In this document: positions 37,301 through 48,267 of the stretch, in pieces
Position numbering within the stretch: the stretch's first letter is position 1
Layout of the letters: every line of letters starts with the position of its first letter
Origin: Cyanophora paradoxa CCMP329
Lineage: Eukaryota; Plantae; Glaucophyta
DNA: 64,000 bases
Assembly (NCBI GenBank): GCA_004431415.1
Contig: QPMI01000066.1
Coordinates: forward strand, 62,001-126,000
Reading direction: 5' to 3'
Made by a program: the position numbers and the translations under genes
The notes under the pieces: generated by a model
Seen by the model: the letters and a program-made list of their open reading frames with translations, nothing else
What the model was told of the DNA's origin: nothing
Database searches by the model: none

Positions 37301-38970
37301 GAGCGAAGCGGGCCCGGCCACGCGCACCGGGGAATCCCGCGGGCTTCCGACGAGAGGTCGAAAAGGTAGGCTCGGGTCGCGTCGAACAGCTGGCAGAGGA
37401 GCTCCGCGCAGCCGTCGAAGGCCTGCGCGGCGGTCGCCGGACTGGAGGGGAGAGGAGGGAGGGGGGGGGGGGAGGGGGGGGGGGGGGGGGGCGGCGGCGC
37501 ACCGCCTGCACGCCCGAGCACGCGTTGATCTCGTTTGCGAGGCGCCGGATCAGGCCGTTCTCCCGCAGTTGCCTCTGCAGGATCCGAGTTCATAATAACA
37601 TCGCATGAATATCTACAAGTGACACTTAAGATAAGTTAACGTTCAAGATTCATCGATATCGGTCATGATCAATGTCGGCCGCATCGACATCACGTCGCAC
37701 ACTCATCCTATCTGAAGGACGAACCTGCAGGGCCCGGTTCTGGGCCTCGATCTCCGCCTTCGCCGCCGCCAGCCGCGCGCAAGCCGCCGCCTCGCTCGCC
37801 TGCACCCGCGTCACGGCGAAGCACGACGCGCGGCCCGGCCGCACCCTGCGCCCCCGCTGCACCAGCGCCGGGCCGAGGGTCCAGGCACAACACGCGGCCG
37901 CCTCCGCCTCCTCCGCGCTCCAGTCGGCGCCGCCGCTGCCGGCGCTGCCGCCGTCGCGGGCGGCGACGAGGGCACCGACGAGCCGCCCTCCGACGGCGAT
38001 TGGCTGCGCGAGCAGCGGCGCCTCCGGCGTGCCTCCCGCCCGCAGCACGGCCCGCCCCGCCGCCAGCTCCCCCACGCCTGCCTCCGCGTCAGCCCGCCCT
38101 CGCGAAGCCCACGGGCCCCGCGGGCGCACCCCCTCCGGCAGCGGGGGCGCGCCCGGTGTGTCCGCGGGGGCGGCGCCCCGCCTCTCAGGCGCTGCGCTCC
38201 CCGACGGAGCCTCCAGGATCCAGCACCTGCACCCCTGTCAGCACAGCGCCCCCCCGCCGCGGGTGTCTCCGCGGCGCACCAGTCCGCGTGGAGGGCGGCG
38301 CGGGCGGCCTCTGCGGCGACGCCGAGGGCCGCCGGGTCCGCCGACCGCCGCACGGCGCGTGCGATGGCCTCCACGGGGCACGAGCAGTGCGCTGCGGCCG
38401 CGTCGGCGGCGCCTGCGGCCCGCGGCGGGCGGGCGGGGGCGCACCCTCGAGGCCGAGCGCCACCAGCGCCGCCGCCCGCACCAGCAGCGCCCGCTCCTCC
38501 GCGGGGAGCCCCCCCTCGCCGCTCTCGAACGCAACCTGCCCGCCCCGCGCCCTCAGCGGCCCGCCGGGCGGCGCCCGCGGCGGAGCACGCACAGACACGA
38601 CGGCGCTGGCGCCGGCAGCGCTAGCGGCGGCCTCCTCGTCGGTCGTCCGCACATGTACAGCGTACCGCGGCGCCTCGCCCGCCGCTCCAATCGACACCGG
38701 CTCGCGCGACGCCAGGACCGCGGGGAGCCAGGGCGCCAGCTCGGCCGCGGAGTTCCGCGCCGCCGCGGCTGCCAAACGGGTGCACGTGCCGTGCGCCGCG
38801 AGGAGGCCCCGCAGCCGCCCCCGCTCGACGCTGTACAGCTCCACGAGCGTCGCGCCGAAAGCCGTCGCCAGGAGCTCCGCGGCCGTCTCCGGGAAGGCCG
38901 CCGGCCGCGCGAGAGCCTTCACCAAAGAATCCAGGCGGTCTCGAGCTCCTGCAGCGCCGCGCCCGCTCAT
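31398..38970 (-). CDS. Hybrid sensor histidine kinase: ~5 GAF domains + HisKA + HATPase + degenerate REC + REC (multi-exon)
   Basis: H-box AKSQFLAMVSHEIRTP-MN, N-box RLNQILVNTLGN-GIKFT, G1 VRDTGIGI, F/G2 FYQVDSSHSREYGGTG-LGLFIS. Receiver ILVAEDVE...LLDVMMP-VMDG...[28 protein letters not shown] C-terminal helices e.g. WGPDDSRFLRLVADQIGIAL, WSPEDRLLLRQVAEHIGVAI, WSAEEAEAAACCAWTLG. Stop TAA at 31398. Confidence 0.9.
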
Positions 38971-39719
38971 GACGCCTCTTCTCGAGCTCGGAGCCAACTC
39001 GCAGCATGCGGGCATCGGAGTTGCCCGCGGAACGCCTATAGCTACCGGTAATCCTCGCTGATGAGTGGAAAAGAAGTGGAAAGCTGCCTCTTAGCTGAGT
39101 GCGGCTAGCTCATCAACTTGAAGTGCGTATACGCCTGCGCGCGCCGCTTTCAAGGCTTTGCAATTGCGGCCCAATTTGCGGGCCGAACCGGCCCGAATGG
39201 CCCGAACGGTCCGAAGTTCTCCGAACCGTGCGGCCGCTGCGCATGCGGGCCTGCGGCGTCGCCGGCGCGCGTGCGGCGTGCCACGGCCCACGGTGCGCCG
39301 TGCGTCGCCAATGGCCCCAGACTCCCCCAGTGGTGAATCACACTACTGGTGATTCCACTGGTGAGTCAGTGGTGACGGAGCGCCGTGCGCTGCGGTGCGC
39401 CGCCGTGCGGCGCCGCGCCGGCTCTGCGCGCATATACGGTGATATACCCGTCTGGCCCGAACACTCATGATGACAGTTCCGAAGTTTAACGGTTGCAATT
39501 GCAGTTGCTGGCAACTTGCAATGTCTTGCATGCTATAGGCTATAGCGCTGCGCATGTATGCTCGCCGCCCGGATTGCGAATTCGAACCCAATTCAAATTT
39601 TTGCATTGCCCCCCCCGGGGGGGTGGCCCCGCCGACTCGACCTGTACCCGGGACTCGGGCCATATATGTATATGCATATGCACATGAATTAAAAATACTT
39701 TGTGGTACCCCAACCACCG

Positions 39720-40995
39720 CAACCTTTTGCGTACCCCTCCCTCCGGAACTCACAAAGCAGGCACTGCAGCGCCTGCCGCTCACCAGAGATCGCACCAGGA
39801 GCGCGTAGAGGGCCAGCGGCACAGGACGAGACCCCCGGCTGGGCGAGCGCTGTTCTTAGACGGGCCTCCAGGCGTGGCGCGGCAGCACGTAGACATGCAA
39901 CAGCGATGAGCAAGGCGGCCAAGCGCACTCCGTAGCGCACAGCGGCGCTCCAGGCCTGGGCTGCGCCTGCCGGCGGCAGAATGAAGGCGGTGCGGAAGCT
40001 GCGCGGCAAGCAGAACGACGGGAGCAGGAGCACGCCGGAGCTGGCGCCGCTGTCGAGGAACCTGCAGGTTCTCGCCAGCGTGAGCGTGAGCTCCGCGTCG
40101 AGTCTGCCGGACGTGCCGCCGTCGTTCGGACAGCTGAAGTCCATCAAGCCGTCCGCCATCGCCGCCGCCGAGCTCGTGCGTTCCTTTGCCCTCTGCCTGC
40201 GCTCCCCCGCCCTCTGCCGCGCGCGTTCCCAGCGCCCCGCGCCCGCGCGCCGGCGCCGCAGGCGAACGACGAGGTCGAGGCGATCCTCGACGCAGGCCCG
40301 CGCACGGCCCGTCGAGGGCGCTCGCGGCGGCGGCGAGGCCCGCGGCCGTGCCGGAGGGCCCCGGGGGCGGCAGCTCCGGCGAGGAGGAGGAGGACGGATA
40401 CAGCCGGCGGGTGGAGGAGCTGCGGCAGCAGATCCTGAGCATCCGGCCCCGTACCCCTGCAACTCTTCCCCCCCCCCCCCCCCCCCGAGCCGGGGCCCGC
40501 AGGTGGACCGCTGGCTTCGAAAGGGCCTCCGACGCCTTCGCCGCCCGCCTCGGCGGGTGCGCCCCCTCCCCCCCGCCTCGAAACCCTGTACCCCTCCCGA
40601 GCCGAGCCTGCGTACCCCCGCAGGAGCGTGGACGAGCTCGAGAAGGCGAGCGTCTTCGTATCCCCCGGACCGCTGCAGAGACCCTCCGGTGCGGCTATTA
40701 TCCCCCCCCCCATCCCCCCCCCCCACCGCCCCCCAAGCTGACGCGCCCGTACCCCGCAGGCAGTCGGACCTGTACCGAATGGCGGCGTTCGACTTGATCC
40801 CGGCCTCCCAGGTGCTGCACTTGTCCGCGTACCCGGGGCCCGCGGTGACGTCACGGACAGCCGGGGAAGGCGGCGGCTGCGGCGCCGGCGGCGGCACCGC
40901 CGCAGCGGTCGCCGGGACCGGCCCGCGGGGCCGACGGCAGCGTTACCGCTCGGCGGGCGGCGGTGCCCCCGCCCCGCTTCTCGGATGCCGTCGGC
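39720..40995. repeat. Duplicate of the promoter and 5' exons of the NACHT-WD40 gene (paralogous to ~51850-53248)
   Basis: MKAVRKLRGKQND...PELAPLSRNLQVLAS and the upstream gcgagcgctgttcttagacgggcctcc are shared. This copy lacks ~110 bp that include a splice donor. Confidence 0.92.
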
Positions 40996-42273
40996 ACGGT
41001 CCGTGCCGCCTCCCGTCTTCTACTTCATCTTTTTCGTCCCACGCGTCCCGTGCTGAACGGCCTAGCACGCGTCCCGGGCGCAAGTGCAAGGGGGTCTGGT
41101 ACTGCGGCGCGGCGTGCCAGCGCGCGGACTGGGCCCAGTGCCACCGCCCCGTATGCCGCGCCCCCGCCGAGCAGCCGGAGCAGCCGGCATCGGCCCCGGC
41201 GGGCCCCGCCGTGCTTCGCTTCCGGAAGGTGCCGGCGGCGGACCGCGTGCGGCTCGACCTGGCCGCCCTTCCGGAGTGGCGCTCCGACCCCGAGTCCGAG
41301 GCGAGTGTACCCGTCCCGCCCTCGTCCCCATCCCCCCCCCCTCCCCCCCCGCTGAGGCGCCCGACCCCGCAGAGCGTCGACGAGCACCTGGCGGCGATGT
41401 ACCCCTCCGGTCCCGGCGCGGCCGGCGGGTTCGGGTCCGGGGACCTGAGGATACCCTCTTCTTCCTCTTCGCCCAGTTCGCGGGGGTGCGAACGCGTACC
41501 CCCGCCCGCCTTGCCCCCGTTCGCCATCTGAGGCGCCGCCCTCGCCGTCCAGGAGGGGGTATGGAGCCACGCGGTGCTGGCGGGGGGAGGCGGGAAGGAG
41601 GGCCGGGCCCTGGTGGCCGTCCTGCACGCCCGCGCCCTGCGGCGGGCCCCAGGCGGGGCTCTACTCCTCCACGTGGGGTACGCGGACGCCTCCGACCCGC
41701 GCTGGAGCCAAGACAAGGCGCGCCCGACTTCCCCCCCCCCCCCCGTTTTTGCCCTCCCGGGTACCGGCGGATTAGGCCTTACGTCTACGGCAGCTCGAGG
41801 CGCTGGCGGCGGCCGCCGCCGCAGCGGAGGGCTCCCGCGGCCTCCGCACTTTCGAGGTACGATTTTAACGCCGTACCCCTTCCCCCCTCCATCCCTCCGG
41901 CTCAGGCGTGCGCTCAGGTGAGCGACGGGGAGCTGGGGGCGATGCGGGGCCTCCTCGCGGGGAACGGTCGCCTGGTGGACCCCGCCGGCAGCGCCGTCGA
42001 GCTCGCCGGCGTACCCCTCCGCCCCAGGTCCGCCCCTCCCTTCGTGCGCGCAGCTGTAGCTGGCTGAGCGAACGCGCGCGGGGCAGCTTCCTCGCGCCGC
42101 TCTACCACCGCGCGAGCCTGCGGCAGTGGGACGCGGCCGGGCCCCGGCCCCGGCCCCGGCCCCGCCCCCGCCTCGCCGCCGCCCCCCGCCGCCCGCCGCC
42201 CCGGCTCGAGCTCCGGGCCGCGGCATTCCGGGCCCGCAGCCGCGGCTCCGGTTGCGAGCAGCTAGGGGCCTAG
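39981..42273 (+). pseudogene. Chimeric gene/pseudogene: 5' part of the NACHT-WD40 gene fused to the 3' part (half MYND onward) of the TPR-DUF4470-MYND gene
   Basis: Junction at 40995/40996 joins an intron of one gene to an exon/intron boundary of the other. Lesions include a deleted donor near 40450, a -2 nt change near 40830-40840 and an acceptor changed CAG->CAA near 41083. Confidence 0.7.
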
Positions 42274-42955
42274 CTGCCCACTGGCATGCGCAGGCCCAGC
42301 CCCTGCGGGCCTCAGCAGTTGGCCGTGAGAAGCCAATCGCGCTCTTTTTTTGGACGTCGACGTCGGTGCTATAGTGCTTGCATTCAGCTGCAGTGACTGG
42401 TCTTAGGATCTGGACCACCAATCGATCTCCGTGCAGTCTATTGTGATCTTGATATATTGAATCATCTCTTTTTGCTTTTTCGCCTCCACGTCTAGGTGTT
42501 TTCGCCGTAGAGCCCGAGGTCTCCATTTTTAATTTCGGTCTGGGGCCGTGCTGCGGCTACACATCTGTGCTTGCTGCCTTTCGATTGATCGGATTCCGCG
42601 AGATTTAGCAGGAATATTTAGATATCATGATCAGTTCAATTTGAATAGATCCATGCAGTGAGTTCTCGTCGAGTGCCAGACATTTTTCTCATCGTGCCAA
42701 TTTGGTACAGTGATCGGGAATACCATAGCAGTGATTTAAAAGTAGATCAAAGTAGCTGGAATTGGAAGCAGATTCGGAATCTACATCGTCTGCTGTGTTG
42801 TTGATTTTGATCGTGCTCCTGATCCGCGGAACTGGTACGCGCTCGCGGTCTTCGAATTTCAGCTTTCGCCGCAGCCGTCGACGTCGCGATCGCCCAGCAT
42901 ACCCAGGCGGAGCTCGAGACTGCTGGCTTCATATTAAAGCTTCAGGCTTAAGAAT

Positions 42956-45296
42956 CTAGACGTCTTCGAATTCATCGATATCGTCATCGTCGTCCGAATC
43001 GTCGTCGTCCGAGTCATCGTCGTCGTCAGAGTCATCCGGGTCGAGTGCGGAGGGGGCCGCGGCGACCCGCTCCAGGAACGCGAGCGCCTCGGGCGGCAGG
43101 CGGCGCCGCATCGTCGGCTCGATCGCGATCGACGCCGGGGCCGCGCGCCACGGCCACTGCGAGAGTCACATTGTGATTTTGATATTGAAATCAAATCAGA
43201 TAGTGTCTTAAAAGACTATTGACGCGTTGACGGCGAGGGCGAGGCCTAGGGCGCGGGCGAGGGCGCGGCGGGCCGGGGCGGGGCGGGGCGCCCAGGGGGC
43301 GGGCGCACGGGGCCCTTGGAGAGGGCGTAGGTGCGCAGCAGGGCGGCCACCTCGAGCACGGAGAAGCGGTCCCTTGCTGCGCCGCATATATATATAAGAT
43401 CAGATATTAAAATCAGATGTCCGGATCCGTCCCATCGGGCGGGGGCCCGGGGGGCCGAATTCGAATGAGCAATTTACATCGTGCGGGCGATGCCCTCACC
43501 CCTCCTGAAAAGAAATAAGATAGTGTCTTATATAAGACTATAGCTATGTCATTATTTGAAGCTTAAGCGATCCCTTTCTGCGCCGTCGACGCGCGTACGT
43601 CGACGTCGACGACGACGTCCGCACGGGGGGCGGCGTCCGAATTCGAACGTTGAACACTGCTAGTAATTCGGATCCCGGATCCGGAGGCCTAGGGTCGCAC
43701 CCTTTGAGAGCAAAAAGTGCCCTCTCGTGAACTCCGCGTGCACCGTGTCGCCCTAATTATATAAAGCCGGGCGCGGCGTCACTGAGGCAGAGAAAGTTTG
43801 TATACATATTCTAGATCGATATCTATGGCTTAGAATGAATCGGAATCCTCGCTCGAGCTCGCGCACGTAACGATCGGTGAAGGAGAGGCGGATCTCCTCG
43901 GAGAGCTCGTTCTGCTCGCCGATGCGGCGCGCCCGGGTGAAGAGCCCGCCGATCTCCTCCTCGAGGCTCGGGGGTACGACGCGGAGGAGCGGGGGGGCCC
44001 TAGGCCTAGGCCTAGGCCTCTTGCCCGCCCCCGGCTTCGAATTCGATTTCGAACTCGTCCGCGGCGCCTCGCGGGGCGCGAGGCTGGCCTCGCGCGCGAG
44101 CAGTTCGACGGCGGTCTCCACGAGCTCGGAGATGGGCCAGTAGCCCAGTGAGACCAGATCGAACCCCAGGGCGAACAATTTGCTGCCTGCGTATACATGG
44201 ATCCGGACCAGTGGGTGCCGTGGCCAGGGAAAAGAAGCCGAGATCGAATAATCAATCCAATTAATATTGCAAGCACTTGCTCACCGGCCACAGATTTAAG
44301 GTTCTCTCCCTCAATTTCATATTCATACGTGTTGAAGCGCCAGCCTGGGAAACTAACGCCCTGTCCGAGGATCGGGAAGAGTTAATATTCGAACGAGATA
44401 TTCCGGATCCGTTATTGATCGCGATCGCAAGGAAATTTACCGCGGCGTCGTCCGTCGTCCGCGCGTCCCCTGAGTGCACGCAAAAAAGCGCAATTAGACT
44501 GCTAATTATATAAACGAGGCAGACGCGCTAGCTCGAGAAATTATGGACTGATGTGCGCACGGTTCTTTCTCTTGCACGCTTCGATTCCTTTCTCGATCCG
44601 CTCAGCGAGCGCCGCTTTCGTCACGCGGCGCAGGAGCCTCGCAACCGCGTCCCTCGAAAAGACCATGCACGCGCGCGCGCGTTCCCTTTTTTTAATTTGA
44701 GTGAGCAGGTTGAACTGCGTGAGCAGGGACGGACCGGTCGGGATCCGCGCCCACGTCCTCTGCCTCCGAAAACGACGACAACGATTTCAAGAATTCGAAA
44801 CCCTAGGCCTGAACGTCTTTTCCTGTCGCCGCTTCGATCGCGCTGCCCTCCATTTCAGAATTTGCAATTGGCTCGCCCGCGGCGCCGACGATGTCGATCG
44901 TCCGAAAATCCAAGCTGCCACCAGCATTCGGCTGCGACCTTTTCCATGGCCATGGCCATGCATATGTCCACGAGCTGCACTTTGCGCTGAACTGCAGCTT
45001 TAAATTTCGGACCGGGAGACGACGCTCGCACGGCACATGTGCATGCGCGCAGACGTCAATAGAAAATGGCTTCCCCGGCGACCGCGCGCCGACCGTAGGC
45101 GATCCGGCGCACGCGCCGGCGATGAACGCGAGATCCTGGCCCGGCATCTCTTGCAACTGACCCCTTCTTCTCTGTCGAGCTTTGATTTCGACTCTATAGC
45201 TAGATCGATATCTAGATCTAGATCTCCTCTAGATCTCCCTCAAGCTCGATGTATAAAAAGGCCGAGCTGCCTCGCCTGGCCGCATTCTTCGCCCAT
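42956..45296 (-). pseudogene. Unknown multi-exon gene or pseudogene with Asp-rich C-terminus (copy 2)
   Basis: Paralog of 26986-29600. Same exon-like blocks, differing largely by 6-bp in-frame indels and substitutions. Confidence 0.45.
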
Positions 45297-45915
45297 CGCG
45301 AGAAAGGTCATCTTGATCTTTGCTTAACTTCCCAGCGGTAGTACGCCGGTCCTCGCATTCGCAGGTCAAACAAAACAAAGCTGCGACGGCCGCCTCCGCG
45401 CGGCCGGGCGCGGCGTGTTCTGGTCCGCTTCGCCCGCGCCGTGCCGGCGCCGCCCCGCCTCGCGCCGGCGCCGAATTAAGGGTGATCATGCATATGATTC
45501 TCGCGCGCCCTGACTCCGGAAAATTCGGCTCCGCGCGGGGCGCTCCCTCCTAGGGGATTTGCGCTTCGACCGGCGGCCCACTGCTAGCCAAACAGCTACT
45601 AGGGCTAGTCCAGATGCCGTTGGTCGTGTGTGAAATGCAACTGACCCCGCGCAAATTCTCCTTTCCCCCTTGAATTTACGAATTTACCCCCCTCCCCCCC
45701 TCCTCTTCTCCTTTTTATTTCCCCCTTGAATTTACGAATTTACCCCCCCCCCCCTCGAATTCTCCTTTTTATTTCCCCCTTTTTTAAGCACTTCTACGTC
45801 TGCGAATCGAATCCCATTCCTTGATATCCCCTCTCTTCGTCGGTCCCCTCTAAAATCATGCTTAGCTCCACCTCGAGCTCGGCCCCCTTGCATGTTTCGT
45901 CGTGATTCGACCTTT

Positions 45916-47340
45916 TGATCATGCCATGATGGTCAACATAATCGTCAGATCATGCCATGATCATGATGGTCAACATAATGGTCACATATGCATGATGGTT
46001 AAAGCGGCTTTGAATTCGAATTCGAGTTCATCGTCGTTATCTGATCCCCGTCGAGGGTACCGGTGGAGGCAACCTCAGGCCTGCCCCGCGGCGACCGGTA
46101 CCGCGGCCGTCGGACCCGCCGCGGCTCTCTAGAAAGGCGATCGCGAGCCCCCGGCGACCTCGGGCGGCAGCTGCAGGCGGCCTCGCCAGTGTTTGCTCCC
46201 CTAGGCCTTACTCTATATTCAAACTAAAACTAGTGGCCCGGCCGCGTTTTGGCGCGCCGGGGGTGCAAGGGGGGAATCGGGATCTAATGAAAGAGTAGTA
46301 GTGGCACGAACATGCACGGGGCAGATGTAGATCGACCCCGGCCCAGCGCGCGCGGCAGGTTGAAGTAGTAAAGATAGACACAGATTATATATGATTGAAA
46401 AGAGTAGAAAAGGGCTGATATGCAGACGCTGCGATCTAACCGAATAAAGAAAAGCCTGAATGAAAGGCCAGATTCAGCGCACTGTATATGAAAGATTGGT
46501 CTGGAGCGGAAAAACGCTGCGCATCATTTAAAATTTGTGTTCGCGCGGCCTACCCCTAACCCTGAACAGCTGGCTAAAAGATGATGGTGTTGTTTCCAGA
46601 GGGCTCGCCGTAAACATAGGCGATCCAGGCCTTCTGGAGGGGGTCGAGGCGGAAGTCGCCCATGGGGGTGAGCGGCAGCCAGCGGCGGCGGTCCTGAAGA
46701 GAGCCGTCTTGCGAGAGCATGGTGAGGCGGTTCGCCGCTTCGAGCGCCCGCAGAGCCACGCGGCTGGCGCGCTGCTCGCTCCCGCAGGCAGCAACGCAAG
46801 CAGTTTGCAGGCGGAAATCTAGAGGAGACGTTGACAGGTAGAGAGAAGTGGTTCCATGCAGAACCGCGCAACGAAGAGCAAGGCGTACGCGACGCACTGC
46901 GAAGAAGCCGAAATCTAGAGGAGACAGCTAGGGAGAACTGGTTCCATGCAGAACTTTGCAAGGAATTTGCAAGAGAGAAGGTAGTTTTCCCCTCGAAAAC
47001 CACTTTTTCCCCTCGAATTCGACGCTCGAAAGTCGAGAGCTGACCGGTCCACCGAGCCAATCCGAACGCGAATAACCATCATTTTTGTTGCAAACTGGAC
47101 CTCGAAAACGGCCTATTTTGGCTGAAGCGAGGGAACGGGAAGCCAGGGGGGGAAGACCTTCGGTCTTCTTTCCCCCCTTGCAACTTGGCTTAGTAGCTTT
47201 CCGAAGTTCAGGGGCTTGGAAAGCGTGCGATCGGTTTCGATTCATGTCCCTTCATTTGACATTTTGATTATGATCATTACACTTCAGAAGAGTATCACGA
47301 TCAGACCACTGGGATTCCCTTGTACGAGATCAAACGAGAT
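45916..47340. other. 1.4-kb segment present only in duplicate copy 2 (insertion here or deletion in copy 1), possibly TE-derived
   Basis: Copy 1 reads ...gattcgaccttt|caagctgacggcgag...; copy 2 has 1425 nt between these. The segment contains a 13-bp inverted repeat tgcaaggggggaa (46264-46276)/ttccccccttgca (47170-47182) and a direct repeat tggttccatgcagaac x2. Confidence 0.6.
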
Positions 47341-48267
47341 CAAGCCGACGGCGAGCCAAACTTCGGCGGCCAGAGCACGAAATCGTGATCATCAGAAGAA
47401 ATCAATATTAATGCGCGTGCGCAGAGTTCGGCAGACTGATCCTAACTGCTCTCCGACGTCGATCGCGATCGCAGACACGGCGCGCGCCGGCGAGGCTGGA
47501 CGAGGTGGCGCTGGCGGGCGTCGTGGACTCGGAGGGCGACTTCGACTTCGCCGTCGCCGCGGAGGCGGCGGCCCCCGCGGCAGCCGCCGACTGCGCCGAG
47601 GACTTCGAGCTCGCCGAACTCTACGGCGACTGCGCCGAGGAAGCCGACCTCGCGTTCCTCTAGATCTCGATCTAGATTTATATCTAGATTTAGATCTCGG
47701 CCAAAGCGCGCGGTCGCCAAGTTGATCGCGCGCGTCGACGTCGAAGCTTCTAATTATATTAATGTGAGGCACTGCAGCTAGCTATCATAGTATGGCGCAG
47801 CGCTAGCAGCAGCGGTTGTAGTGTTCGAGAGCTCGTGTAAAAAATCAAGCACGTGCACTGAGGTAATAGCTCACGAATATGAGAGCTATTTCTGAAATTT
47901 GTAGGGAGCGATCGTTATACTCAGATATAGATCTAGATCTAGAGCGAAAGCTGGACATGTCCCGAATAAAATGTAGCTATCAGGAAGCGCTAAGAGGAAC
48001 GCACATACGGACGTCGACTAATCAACAAGCGCAACAACTCATACACGAGGTCCATCAACCGGTACCACGTCCTGCAGGTACCGAAATCGAAATGCCCACG
48101 AGAACCGGTACCGAAATCGAAACCAAACGTTTATTGTAATCAAATTCGATTTCATTTCTAAAAGCAAGTGTGCGTCTCGCACATGTCCTATATAGAGAAA
48201 CTGGCCATCATGGCATGGGTTCCGATAAAAAGAAACTGGGTTCCAATAAAAAGAAGAAACTGTCCGA

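Larger units (their letters stand above)
40996..48130. repeat. Segmental duplication, copy 2 of block X (paralogous to 25035-30870)
   Basis: Colinear with copy 1 apart from an extra 45916-47340 segment, small indels and local repeat-number differences. Confidence 0.92.

Noticed and set aside
34280-38970. Phytochrome or cyanobacteriochrome photoreceptor
   Set aside because: No PAS-GAF-PHY arrangement or DIP/CH chromophore motifs could be seen; called only as a multi-GAF kinase.
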